Of a DNA stretch of 64,000 nt, positions 55,236-62,852 are shown piece by piece. Numbering within the stretch: position 1 is the stretch's first letter; every line of letters starts with the position of its first letter. The stretch spans positions 1,684,459 through 1,748,458 of the forward strand of contig CAWAOJ010000002.1 in NCBI GenBank assembly GCA_963783725.1. Reading direction: 5' to 3'. A program made the position numbers and the translations under genes. Origin of the DNA: an uncultured Chloroflexia bacterium. GTDB taxonomy: Bacteria; Chloroflexota; Limnocylindria; QHBO01. Below the pieces are notes generated by a model that was not told the DNA's origin, made no database searches, and saw only the letters and a program-made list of their open reading frames with translations.

Positions 55236-55540
55236 GCCGATCTCATCCTCATCTATCCACCATGGCGGGGTGCTTCTCTATCGGTATTGGAAGGATACTT
55301 TGTTATTCAGCCGTCTCTCGTAGGCGTGTGGACGGTGTGGATCACCGGCCTCGCCCGCGCTCGCCTCTCGCTCGCGCGCCGCTGGGGACAACCTGCTCGA
55401 AAGCGACCCTTGTCGGTCGACAACCGATCGATGCCGGCGGAGAGGAGCGAGCGGCGCAATCCACGCACGTCGCCTTGTCCACAATGACCCGCCGATATCC
55501 ACCAAACAGCGCCGCTTTTCCACAACCAGGGCCAATCGGC
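55236..55540. other. chromosomal replication origin (oriC): DnaA-box cluster plus AT-rich unwinding element
   Basis: The dnaA-dnaN spacer contains DnaA-box-like 9-mers:
- CTATCCACC at 55253
- TGTGGACGG at 55327
- TGTGGATCA at 55336
- AATCCACG at ~55458
- TTGTCCACA at 55475
- ATATCCACC at 55495
- TTTTCCACA at 55516

There is also an AT-rich stretch at 55276-55310. Confidence 0.75.
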
Positions 55541-56881
55541 CTACTCCGAATAGATCATCTCCCGCACCGCGCTGATCTCGCGGCGCATCTCGTCGTTCTC
55601 CGCCAGCTCGCGCGCGATCTTGTCGCAGGCGTGCAGAACGGTGGAGTGGTCGCGGCCACCGAGCTCGGCACCGATGCGGAGCAGGCTGATGTCGGTCTCC
55701 TCGCGGATGAGGAACATCGCGATCTGGCGCGGGACCACGATCGCACGGTCGCGCTTCGACGAGCGAAGCTGGTCGAGGTTGACGCCGTAGTAGTCGGCGA
55801 CCGCGCGCACGATGCGCTGCGGCGTGATCGACCGCTTCTTGGGGTTGTACATCACGTTGCTCAGCACGGCGCTGGCGAGCTCGTTGTTGATCGGCATGCC
55901 GCTCATGCTGGCGTAGGCGATGACGCGGTTGAGCGCTCCCTCCAGCTCGCGCACGTTGCTGACCACCTTGCGCGCGATGAACTCGATGACCTCGGGCGGG
56001 ATGAGGTTGAGCTGCTCGTCAGCCTTGCTGCGCAGGATGGCGATGCGGGTCTCCAGGTCCGGAGGGGTGAGGTCGGCGATCAGGCCCCACTCGAAGCGGC
56101 TGCGCAGCCGCTCCTCTAGCGTGGTGATCGCCTTCGGCGGCCGGTCCGAGGAGAGCACGATCTGCTTCCCCGCCTCGTGGATGGCGTTGAAGGTGTGGAA
56201 GAACTCCTCCTGCGTCCGCTCCCGCTCGGCGATGAACTGGATGTCGTCGATGAGGAGCACGTCGATGCGCCGGTAGCGCCCCCGGAAGTCCTCCATCTTC
56301 TGCTCGCGGATGGAGTTGATGAAGTCGTTGGTGAACTTCTCGCTGGTGGCGTAGAGGATCCGCTTGCGCGGGAACTTGGCCGCCACCGCGTTGCCGATGG
56401 CATGCATGAGGTGGGTCTTGCCCAGGCCGACGCCGCCGTACAGGAAGAGCGGGTTGTACGCATGTCCGGGACGTTCGGCGACCGACAGCGCGGCCGCGTG
56501 GGCGAGGCGGTTGGCGGAGCCGACGATGAAGTTGCTGAACGTGTAGCGGCCGTTGAGGTTGATGGTGTTGCCTCCGGCGGACGCCGGAGGGAGCGGCATG
56601 GACTCCTCGCTCACCTGCGTCGGCACGGGTCCCGGCGCATCGGCCACGACGAACTCGACCTGCACCGAGCCGCCGACGACGCGGGCGAGCGTCTGGCTGA
56701 TCAGCGTCCGATATCGGTTGTCGAGCCAGTCACGGGCGAAGCCGTTGGGAGCGGCGATGCGAAAGCGGTTCTCGTCGAACTCGACGAGCGATGTGTCCTT
56801 GAGCCAGGTCTCGAAATTGGCCGGCGAGAGGCTGACCTGCAACTCGCCGAGGACGGCACGCCACACCTGCTTCGCATCCAT
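55541..56881 (-). CDS. dnaA: chromosomal replication initiator protein DnaA
   Basis: AAA+ motifs GGVGLGKTHL and LLIDDIQF, plus the C-terminal DNA-binding motif (GGRDHSTVLHA). I prefer ATG 56881 with GGAGA upstream; an alternative GTG lies at 56914. Confidence 0.93.
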   Translation of the reverse strand: MDAKQVWRAVLGELQVSLSPANFETWLKDTSLVEFDENRFRIAAPNGFARDWLDNRYRTLISQTLARVVGGSVQVEFVVADAPGPVPTQVSEESMPLPPASAGGNTINLNGRYTFSNFIVGSANRLAHAAALSVAERPGHAYNPLFLYGGVGLGKTHLMHAIGNAVAAKFPRKRILYATSEKFTNDFINSIREQKMEDFRGRYRRIDVLLIDDIQFIAERERTQEEFFHTFNAIHEAGKQIVLSSDRPPKAITTLEERLRSRFEWGLIADLTPPDLETRIAILRSKADEQLNLIPPEVIEFIARKVVSNVRELEGALNRVIAYASMSGMPINNELASAVLSNVMYNPKKRSITPQRIVRAVADYYGVNLDQLRSSKRDRAIVVPRQIAMFLIREETDISLLRIGAELGGRDHSTVLHACDKIARELAENDEMRREISAVREMIYSE

Positions 56882-56989
56882 CAACAGCCGTCTCCAATCT
56901 CGGTGAGCACGCACTCGGGGCCGCAGTTCCTACCGATCCGGGGCGCCGAGAGCGGCCTTCGAGGGGCGTCTGGCGGCGGAGGTCGCGGT

Positions 56990-57019
56990 AGCATAGCAGC
57001 GTCGTTCCGGCCCGAGCAA
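56990..57019 (-). promoter_or_regulatory. candidate dnaA promoter TTGCTC-18 nt-TATGCT (minus strand)
   Basis: On the minus strand, -35 is at 57019-57014 and -10 at 56995-56990, ~110 nt upstream of the dnaA ATG. Confidence 0.4.
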
Positions 57020-57057
57020 TGCTTCGCGACGTTCCGCTTCCGCGCCCGACCATGGGT

Positions 57058-57087
57058 TTGACACTCGGTCCTGCCGATCGGTAGAAT
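57058..57087 (+). promoter_or_regulatory. rpmH promoter TTGACA-18 nt-TAGAAT
   Basis: Consensus -35 at 57058-57063 and TAGAAT at 57082-57087, divergent from dnaA. Confidence 0.6.
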
Positions 57088-57208
57088 CCGCCGAAGAAGC
57101 GAGACGGGCCACCGTTGAAGGATGCAGTGAGGCTGGCGCTTGAGCCAGCCGTTCGTGTGTCTGGGCCGCGTCGCGGATCACCACCAGAGGACGAGAAGGC
57201 ACAGCGCC

Positions 57209-57343
57209 ATGAAGAGAACCTATCAGCCCAAGAAGCGAGCGCGAAAGCGCGAGCACGGCTTCATGGCACGCATGGCGACCAAGGGAGGTCGCCGGGTGCT
57301 GGCCCGTCGTCGAGCCAAGGGACGCGCGAAGCTGACCGTCTGA
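57209..57343 (+). CDS. rpmH: 50S ribosomal protein L34
   Basis: [44 protein letters not shown] is the canonical L34 sequence. Confidence 0.95.
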
Positions 57344-57372
57344 CGCCCGAGGCGGGAGTGCCTGCCCTGCCC

Positions 57373-57690
57373 ATGCTGCGACGACGGTCCGAATTCGAGG
57401 CCATCGGCCGCAACGGCACGGCGCGCTCGACCCGGCTGCTGGTGCTGCGGTCGCTGCGCACCGAGGCCCCGACCCGCATCGGCCTTTCGACGCCGCGCGT
57501 CCTCGGAGGAGCGGTCGAGCGCAATCGCGTCCGTCGCCGGCTCAGGGAGCTGCTGCGGGAGCGGTACGACGAGATCGGTCCCGGCTGGGACCTGCTGGTG
57601 ATCGCGAGAGCGGAGGCGGCAACGTCCTCGTACGGCGAGCTGCGCCAGGCGCTGGCGTCGCTCATGGAGCGCTCGGGGATCGGAAGATGA
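57373..57690 (+). CDS. rnpA: ribonuclease P protein component
   Basis: [10 protein letters not shown]...[25 protein letters not shown] is the RnpA RNR motif region. The start could instead be GTG 57358. Confidence 0.88.
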
Positions 57691-57923
57691 GGAAGATCGG
57701 GCTCGGACTGATCGTCGCCTATCAGAAGCTGACCTTCTGGATGCCGCCGACCTGCCGCTACACGCCCAGCTGCTCGCGCTACACGTACGAGGCGATCGAA
57801 CGCTTCGGGCTCGTTCGCGGCACGTGGATGGGGATGCGCAGGATCGCCCGCTGCACGCCGCTCCATCCCGGCGGGCACGATCCAGTCCCCGACCGGGTCT
57901 CGCCGGCCGTCACGGCGCACTAG
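57687..57923 (+). CDS. yidD: membrane protein insertion efficiency factor YidD
   Basis: YQK...[19 protein letters not shown]...[24 protein letters not shown] overlap with rnpA. Confidence 0.92.
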
Positions 57924-57937
57924 AGAAGGATCGCTTC

Positions 57938-59104
57938 TTGCCAACCCCGCTGGCCGCAGGATTCCTCGGCATCGAGCACTTCAGCCCGCCGTGGGACGTC
58001 TTCTTCCTGCCGCTCTTCAACCTGCTCGTCTTCCTCTACAACGTCCTGTTCAACGACTTCGCGCTGGCGATCATCGTCTTCACGGTCCTGATCAGGACCG
58101 TGCTGGCGCCGCTCTTCATCAAGCAGATCCGCTCGCAGAAGGAGATGCAGCGGATGCAGCCGATGATCCGCGAGGTGCAGCGCAAGCACAAGGGCAACCG
58201 GCAGAAGATCAGCGAAGAGACGATGGCGCTCTACAAGGAGCACGGCGTGAACCCCGCCGCCGGCTGCCTTCCGGTGGTGCTGCAGCTGCCGATCCTGTGG
58301 GCGCTCTACCAGGCGCTCATCAGGGCCTCGAACGTGGTCACGCTCACCTCCGAGCAGGTGTCGTCGAGCGCGTTCGCGCAGCTCAAGGCGGCACTCCCCG
58401 GCATCACCCAGATCTCCCCTACGCACTTCACGGCGCCCGTCAACGGCAGCTGCAACCTCGACGCCCTCAACAGCGGGCCGTTCACCCACTTCCTCCCGCT
58501 GAACTGCCAGCTCATCGACGGGGTGCAGCTGCAGAGCCCCATCACCACGGTCGTCGGCTGGCTGTTCAACCCGATCACGGGCGTTCACCTCAACCTGGCC
58601 GATATCGACCGCGCGTTCTCGATCGCGCTGGGGGGCCAGGGCGGGTTCGCCCTCTCGTTCCTGGCCATCCTCGCCGCCCTGCTGCAGTTCATCCAGGTCA
58701 AGATGACGACGCCGCGACCCAACCCGGACGATCCGACGTCGGGTGCGACGAGCACCATGACCTACCTCTTCCCGCTCATGACCATCTTCTGGGGCGGGAT
58801 CTTCCCCAGCGGCCTGATCCTGTACTGGATCGTCTACACCGGGTACCTGGTCATCCAGCAGTTCCTGATCATGGGCTGGGGCAATCTCTTCCCGATCTTC
58901 GGTTGGCGCCCGCCATTCGTTCCCGCCACCGAGACCGGCCTTCTCAGCGCCCCCGCCCGGCGGCGGCCATCCGGCGCTGACGCCAACGACGAGCGCTCAC
59001 CATCGCGCCCGACACCAACCAACAGGCCCGCGGCTGCGCAGGGCTCCGGCGGCAGGCCGGCCAAGCAGCGCCCGGGTCAGAAACGACGAGGCCGAAAGAG
59101 ATGA
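57938..59104 (+). CDS. yidC: membrane protein insertase YidC
   Basis: Motifs FALAIIVFTVLIRTVLAPL, MQRMQPMIREVQRKHKGNRQK, HGVNPAAGCLPVVLQLPILWALY and a basic C-terminal tail. I propose TTG 57938 (GAAGGA plus 7 nt) as the start; the longest ORF begins inside yidD. Confidence 0.88.
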   Translation: MPTPLAAGFLGIEHFSPPWDVFFLPLFNLLVFLYNVLFNDFALAIIVFTVLIRTVLAPLFIKQIRSQKEMQRMQPMIREVQRKHKGNRQKISEETMALYKEHGVNPAAGCLPVVLQLPILWALYQALIRASNVVTLTSEQVSSSAFAQLKAALPGITQISPTHFTAPVNGSCNLDALNSGPFTHFLPLNCQLIDGVQLQSPITTVVGWLFNPITGVHLNLADIDRAFSIALGGQGGFALSFLAILAALLQFIQVKMTTPRPNPDDPTSGATSTMTYLFPLMTIFWGGIFPSGLILYWIVYTGYLVIQQFLIMGWGNLFPIFGWRPPFVPATETGLLSAPARRRPSGADANDERSPSRPTPTNRPAAAQGSGGRPAKQRPGQKRRGRKR

Positions 59105-60093
59105 CATTCCGCGAGTTCACCGGCAAGAACGTCGAAGAGGCGATTCGCAGCGCCATGAAGGAGTACGCGTCAGACCTGGTCGATCTCGACATCGAGATCC
59201 TGGCGCAGGGCAGCCGCGGCATCCTGGGAGTGGGAGGGGAGGACGCGCGAATCCTGGCGGCGCCGAAGTCGGCCGTCGCATCGGCGACGAGCGTGCGTGC
59301 CCGGCCCGAGCCGCCGCGGCCCGCCGCGCCTGCCGAGGAACGCGCCTCGCAGCCGACCGATACCCCGTCCGCGCCCGAGCCGCTGACGCAGGACGCGGGG
59401 GAGGCCGTTTCGGATGCCGAGGCCCACCCCGCCACACCGGAGCGGCGCGAGCGCCGGGAGGACGGGCGAACGCGCGGCGCGCGCGGCGGCCGGGGCCGCA
59501 ACGGCGGGCGCGAGCGGAGTGCCGGGCCGCGCCCCGACCGTCCTGCGCGCACCGAGCACCGAGATCGGCCCGAGCGCGAGCCCGCCCCGTTCATTCCGGC
59601 CAAGCCGATGGAGGAGCTGAGCGACGAGGAGCGAGCCACCCTCGCGGACGCCCAGGCGGTCCTGACCGAGCTGCTGCGCCTCATGGACGTCGAGGGCAGC
59701 GTCGAGGTGGCCATGGGCAGCGAATCGGCGAAGCTGAACGTGAAGGGCTCCGACCTCGGGGCGCTCATCGGCCGCCGCGGCGAGAAGCTCGCCAGCCTGC
59801 AGCACATCGTCAACCTGATCGTCGCCAAGCGCGAGGGCCACTACACGCGCATCGCGGTGGACGTGGAGAACTACCGCGGTCGGCGCGAGGAGCAGCTGCG
59901 CGAGGTCGCGGAGCGCGCCGCGAAGCGCGTCACCCAGACCGGCAAGATCATCCAGCTCGAGGCCATGCCGGCGGTCGAGCGACGGATCGTTCACATGGCG
60001 CTGGTGGACAACGGCAAGGTCCGAACGCAGAGCGTCGGTGTCGAGCCGGCGCGTCGCGTCGTCATCCTCCCCGCCAGCAGGGCCGGCGACTGA
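59101..60093 (+). CDS. jag: RNA-binding protein Jag/KhpB (Jag_N + KH + R3H)
   Basis: N-terminal FTGKNVEEAIRSAMKEY, a long disordered Arg/Pro-rich linker, a KH segment (GALIGRRGEKLASLQHIVN) and an R3H segment (LEAMPAVERRIVHMAL). Confidence 0.88.
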   Translation: MTFREFTGKNVEEAIRSAMKEYASDLVDLDIEILAQGSRGILGVGGEDARILAAPKSAVASATSVRARPEPPRPAAPAEERASQPTDTPSAPEPLTQDAGEAVSDAEAHPATPERRERREDGRTRGARGGRGRNGGRERSAGPRPDRPARTEHRDRPEREPAPFIPAKPMEELSDEERATLADAQAVLTELLRLMDVEGSVEVAMGSESAKLNVKGSDLGALIGRRGEKLASLQHIVNLIVAKREGHYTRIAVDVENYRGRREEQLREVAERAAKRVTQTGKIIQLEAMPAVERRIVHMALVDNGKVRTQSVGVEPARRVVILPASRAGD

Positions 60094-60106
60094 GGGTTCG
60101 GCCGCC

Positions 60107-60543
60107 GTGGTCGATCCCTCGCTCTGCGCGCTGGGACGCCTCTTCCCGGACGGTCCCTGGGTCGGGCTGCGTCGCGTGCCCGGCGGACACCAGCTCGTGT
60201 TCGGGGAGGTGGACGGCTCGGTTCGCGCCGCCTCCACGCGACCGCAGGACCTGCTTGCCGCCGCTCTCGCCTATGTGCAGGAGGCGTTGCACGACGGCCC
60301 GCCGGAGCTCGAGGCCACGCAGCGCGACCTCGCAGACAGCTGGTCGGTGACCTGCGAAGCGGAGCCAGCGACCCGGTAGTCGCCGCCCTGCTGCACGAGG
60401 CGCTGGAGGGAATCGAGGACGGCCTGGCCGGTGATGTCGTCTCCTTGCGCCTCGAGCGAGCGCTCGCGGCGATGGACGACGGAAAAGAGCAGGCCGATGC
60501 GCTCGACCTGCTCCTGCGCAGCTATCGGGCTGCGGTGGGCTAG
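60107..60543 (+). pseudogene. hypothetical protein, coding signal switches frame near 60335-60379
   Basis: One GC3-rich frame runs from GTG 60107 to TAG 60379. A second GC3-rich frame has no start codon and continues (LVGDLRSGASDPVVAALLHEALEGIEDGL...RSYRAAVG) to TAG 60543. Confidence 0.35.
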
Positions 60544-61073
60544 CTGACCTCGTCCTCGTTTACCACCGGCGGCTCGGGAGCCACCGGCGGTTCGGGGGCG
60601 ACCGGAGGAGCGGTGGGGGCAGCGCTCGCCGTGACGTCGGGAGGCGGAGGTGCCGCCGGCGTCGTGGCCGACCGTGCGGTTCCAAGCTCGAACTTGCCAC
60701 CCTCGGCCTGGAACTCCTTCCAGCCCGCCCACGCCATCACCACGCCGCCCACGACGGCGATCAGGAAGAAGATGGCGTTAAGTGCGAAGAGCTGGAACCA
60801 GTAGCCCAGCACGCCGATCACCGACAGCAGTCCGAGGACGAGGATGATGCCGGCAATCCCGCCCAGCAGGAGCATCAGGCTTCCCTTGGACCCCGGAAGG
60901 TTGGTCTGTGGCGAGAACTGCGGGAGGAATACCACCGCCAGCATGGCGATGGCGGCGAGGAGCGCAAGCCATCCGAGCGCGGACACCGTCCCGCCGACGA
61001 TCGCGCCGATGATGACGGCGATGGAGCCGTAGGTTGCCAGCTTCTCGTTCTGGTCAAGCTTGGAGAAATCCAT
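60540..61073 (-). CDS. hypothetical membrane protein with Pro-rich C-terminal repeats
   Basis: Four hydrophobic segments, then a PPVAPEPPVAPEPPV tail. SD AGGAGG lies upstream of ATG 61073. Confidence 0.6.
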   Translation of the reverse strand: MDFSKLDQNEKLATYGSIAVIIGAIVGGTVSALGWLALLAAIAMLAVVFLPQFSPQTNLPGSKGSLMLLLGGIAGIILVLGLLSVIGVLGYWFQLFALNAIFFLIAVVGGVVMAWAGWKEFQAEGGKFELGTARSATTPAAPPPPDVTASAAPTAPPVAPEPPVAPEPPVVNEDEVS

Positions 61074-61103
61074 GAGTCCAGGCGCCTCCTAACGATTGCC
61101 CCT

Positions 61104-61124
61104 CCGCGGACACCCGGTCCGCGG
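61104..61124 (-). repeat. 8-bp stem hairpin CCGCGGAC-N5-GTCCGCGG in the 5' UTR of the 60540-61073 gene
   Basis: Arms at 61104-61111 and 61117-61124. On the minus strand it is followed by AATCGTT and then the SD. This arrangement matches the hairpin at 40946-40979. Confidence 0.55.
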
Positions 61125-61189
61125 CGCGCACGTTAGCACACGCCGTCAGCCATTCATAGGCGAAGAGACGGGGACCGAGCCCGCGCTGC

Positions 61190-61561
61190 TTAGCGTGATC
61201 GACGGAAAGCGATGAGTGTCAGAGCTGCCCCGATGGCCAGGGTGACAACGGCGAAGCCGACATAGGGCTCCATGCCTTGTCGCTCGCAGATTGTTGCCGG
61301 CGGGCACTGTGAGCCAATCCACAGCAGGATCGCCGATCCGAGACCGCTGCCGGCTAGGGCACCGGCAAGTGTCGGCAAGCGGAGCCGAGACAGCACGGCA
61401 ATCACCACCAGCGCCAGCGTCACCGGCAATACGAGGTAGCCGAAGTAAGTAGATACCGCACCCGTGACCACGCCGACCAGGCCGAAAGTGAACCAAGCCT
61501 CAAGCGGTGAGATGCCGTCGCGAGGGGCGGACAATTCGCCGTGGGCGTTCTCGTGAACCAT
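61190..61561 (-). CDS. hypothetical small membrane protein
   Basis: Three or four hydrophobic segments. GC content is lower than in the surrounding sequence. I prefer the start at ATG 61561 (MVHENAHGE...); the longest ORF starts at 61618. Confidence 0.45.
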   Translation of the reverse strand: MVHENAHGELSAPRDGISPLEAWFTFGLVGVVTGAVSTYFGYLVLPVTLALVVIAVLSRLRLPTLAGALAGSGLGSAILLWIGSQCPPATICERQGMEPYVGFAVVTLAIGAALTLIAFRRSR

Positions 61562-61750
61562 GCCCTCACTTTGGGCCGGCTCATGGCCGAACGCAAGCCG
61601 AATCAGTCCCGAAAGCACGGGTTGGCTTCACGGTGGGTATGACGAGGACAAGTGCAAGAATGCCCCAAGAAGGCCGTCGGTGTCCGTTCGGCCATCCCTG
61701 TCTGTGTTTGACACCGTGTGCGGCGGGGTCGATCGCGCGGGCGAGGAAGA

Positions 61751-62116
61751 TGGTGGAGATGGGGGAGAATCGAACTCCCCGTCCAGAACCGAGTCGCCGG
61801 GAACTTCCTACAAGCGTTTTCGGCCTACTTGCGCTTCACGATGCGGGCCCCCGACCGACGGGGTGCTCCACTCGCCATCCGGTGCTGCCTCTCGGCTCTT
61901 TGACGTCACTCACCGGAGTCGGCGACGCCGCACCTCTCCTGATGACGTCTTCATGGCCCGGAGAGGAGAGGCCATGTCGACGCTCGTCGCTACTTAGGCG
62001 GCGAGGGCGTAACTGTTGTTGCCAGTTACTGGCTTTGCCCGCTTTTTTACGAGGCCTGCGGGCGACCTCGGCTTGCGATCCCCGGTCCCTGAGCCCTGTC
62101 GAAACCTGACATCCCC
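61751..62116 (-). ncRNA. ssrA: tmRNA (SsrA)
   Basis: On the minus strand the 5' end is GGGGATGTCAGGTTTCGACAGGG and the 3' end is GGGGAGTTCGATTCTCCCCCATCTCCACCA. The internal tag ORF follows ...GTAACT: GGC AAC AAC AGT TAC GCC CTC GCC GCC TAA, encoding GNNSYALAA. It is adjacent to smpB. Confidence 0.93.
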
Positions 62117-62182
62117 ACGGAACCGATACCGGAACATGATAGCAGGGCGGTCAACGGATGTGAACGCGCGTTCGATACGGCG

Positions 62183-62641
62183 CTACAGCTTGACCCGCGT
62201 CTTCGTCTGGCGCTCGAGCTCGCGCCGCATGTCGCGCTCCGCGATCGCGCGGCGCTTGTCGTGCGTCTTCTTGCCGCGCGCCAGGCCGATCTCGAGCTTG
62301 GCCATGCCCTTGTGCAGGTAGAGCCGCAGCGGGACGAGGGTCTCTCCCTTGGCCTGCGTGCGTCCCACCAGCTCGTCGATCTGGTCGCGATGGAGCAGCA
62401 GCTTGCGGGTGCGCGTCGGCTCGTGGTTGTTCCGATTGCCCTGCTCGTACGGCGCGATGTGCGCACCGATCAGCCACGCCTCGCCGCGCTCGATGCGGGC
62501 GTAGGCCTCGGCGAGGTTCACCCGGCCGGCGCGGATCGACTTGATCTCGGTTCCGGTCAGCACGATGCCCGCCTCGACGGTCTCCTCGATGGAGTAATCG
62601 TGGCGTGCGCGTCGGTTGAGGGCGACGGTGTGGTCGGACAT
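62183..62641 (-). CDS. smpB: SsrA-binding protein SmpB
   Basis: [36 protein letters not shown]......AWL...HI.PY..G.......R.RKLLLH. I chose ATG 62641 as the start. Confidence 0.93.
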
Positions 62642-62852
62642 CGGTCTCGTTTGCTGCTGGCGGCACGTGGAGGCGAGCATGGAAAGAGCCGGCCGCCTGG
62701 GCCGGCTCTTCCGTCGCTACCACCCGGAGGCGATTTAGCGGGCCGCCTCGGTGGTGGCGTGACTGGAACTATCCACTGCACACCACCTCCTTTCGTTGGC
62801 GAGGATGCTAGCACGGCCCTCGGTGGCGCACAACATCGGACGCTTCAGCGCT

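Noticed and set aside
60540-60640. A short tandem repeat at the 3' end of the gene at 60540-61073, encoding PPVAPEPPVAPEPPV.
   Set aside because: It is an in-frame, coding, proline-rich repeat of only two to three units. It is not a CRISPR array or a non-coding repeat.
61100-61750. A lower-GC stretch with small membrane-protein genes immediately 3' of the tmRNA gene. I considered whether it is a tmRNA-integrated genomic island.
   Set aside because: I saw no integrase, recombinase or phage genes, and no duplicated copy of the tmRNA 3' end (no second ...TTCGATTCTCCC... segment) to mark an attachment site. The stretch is only ~0.6-1.2 kb.
62117-62182. A promoter for tmRNA in the smpB-ssrA spacer (TTGACC on the minus strand).
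   Set aside because: No acceptable -10 lies 16-19 nt downstream of the -35-like hexamer, so I could not support a call.
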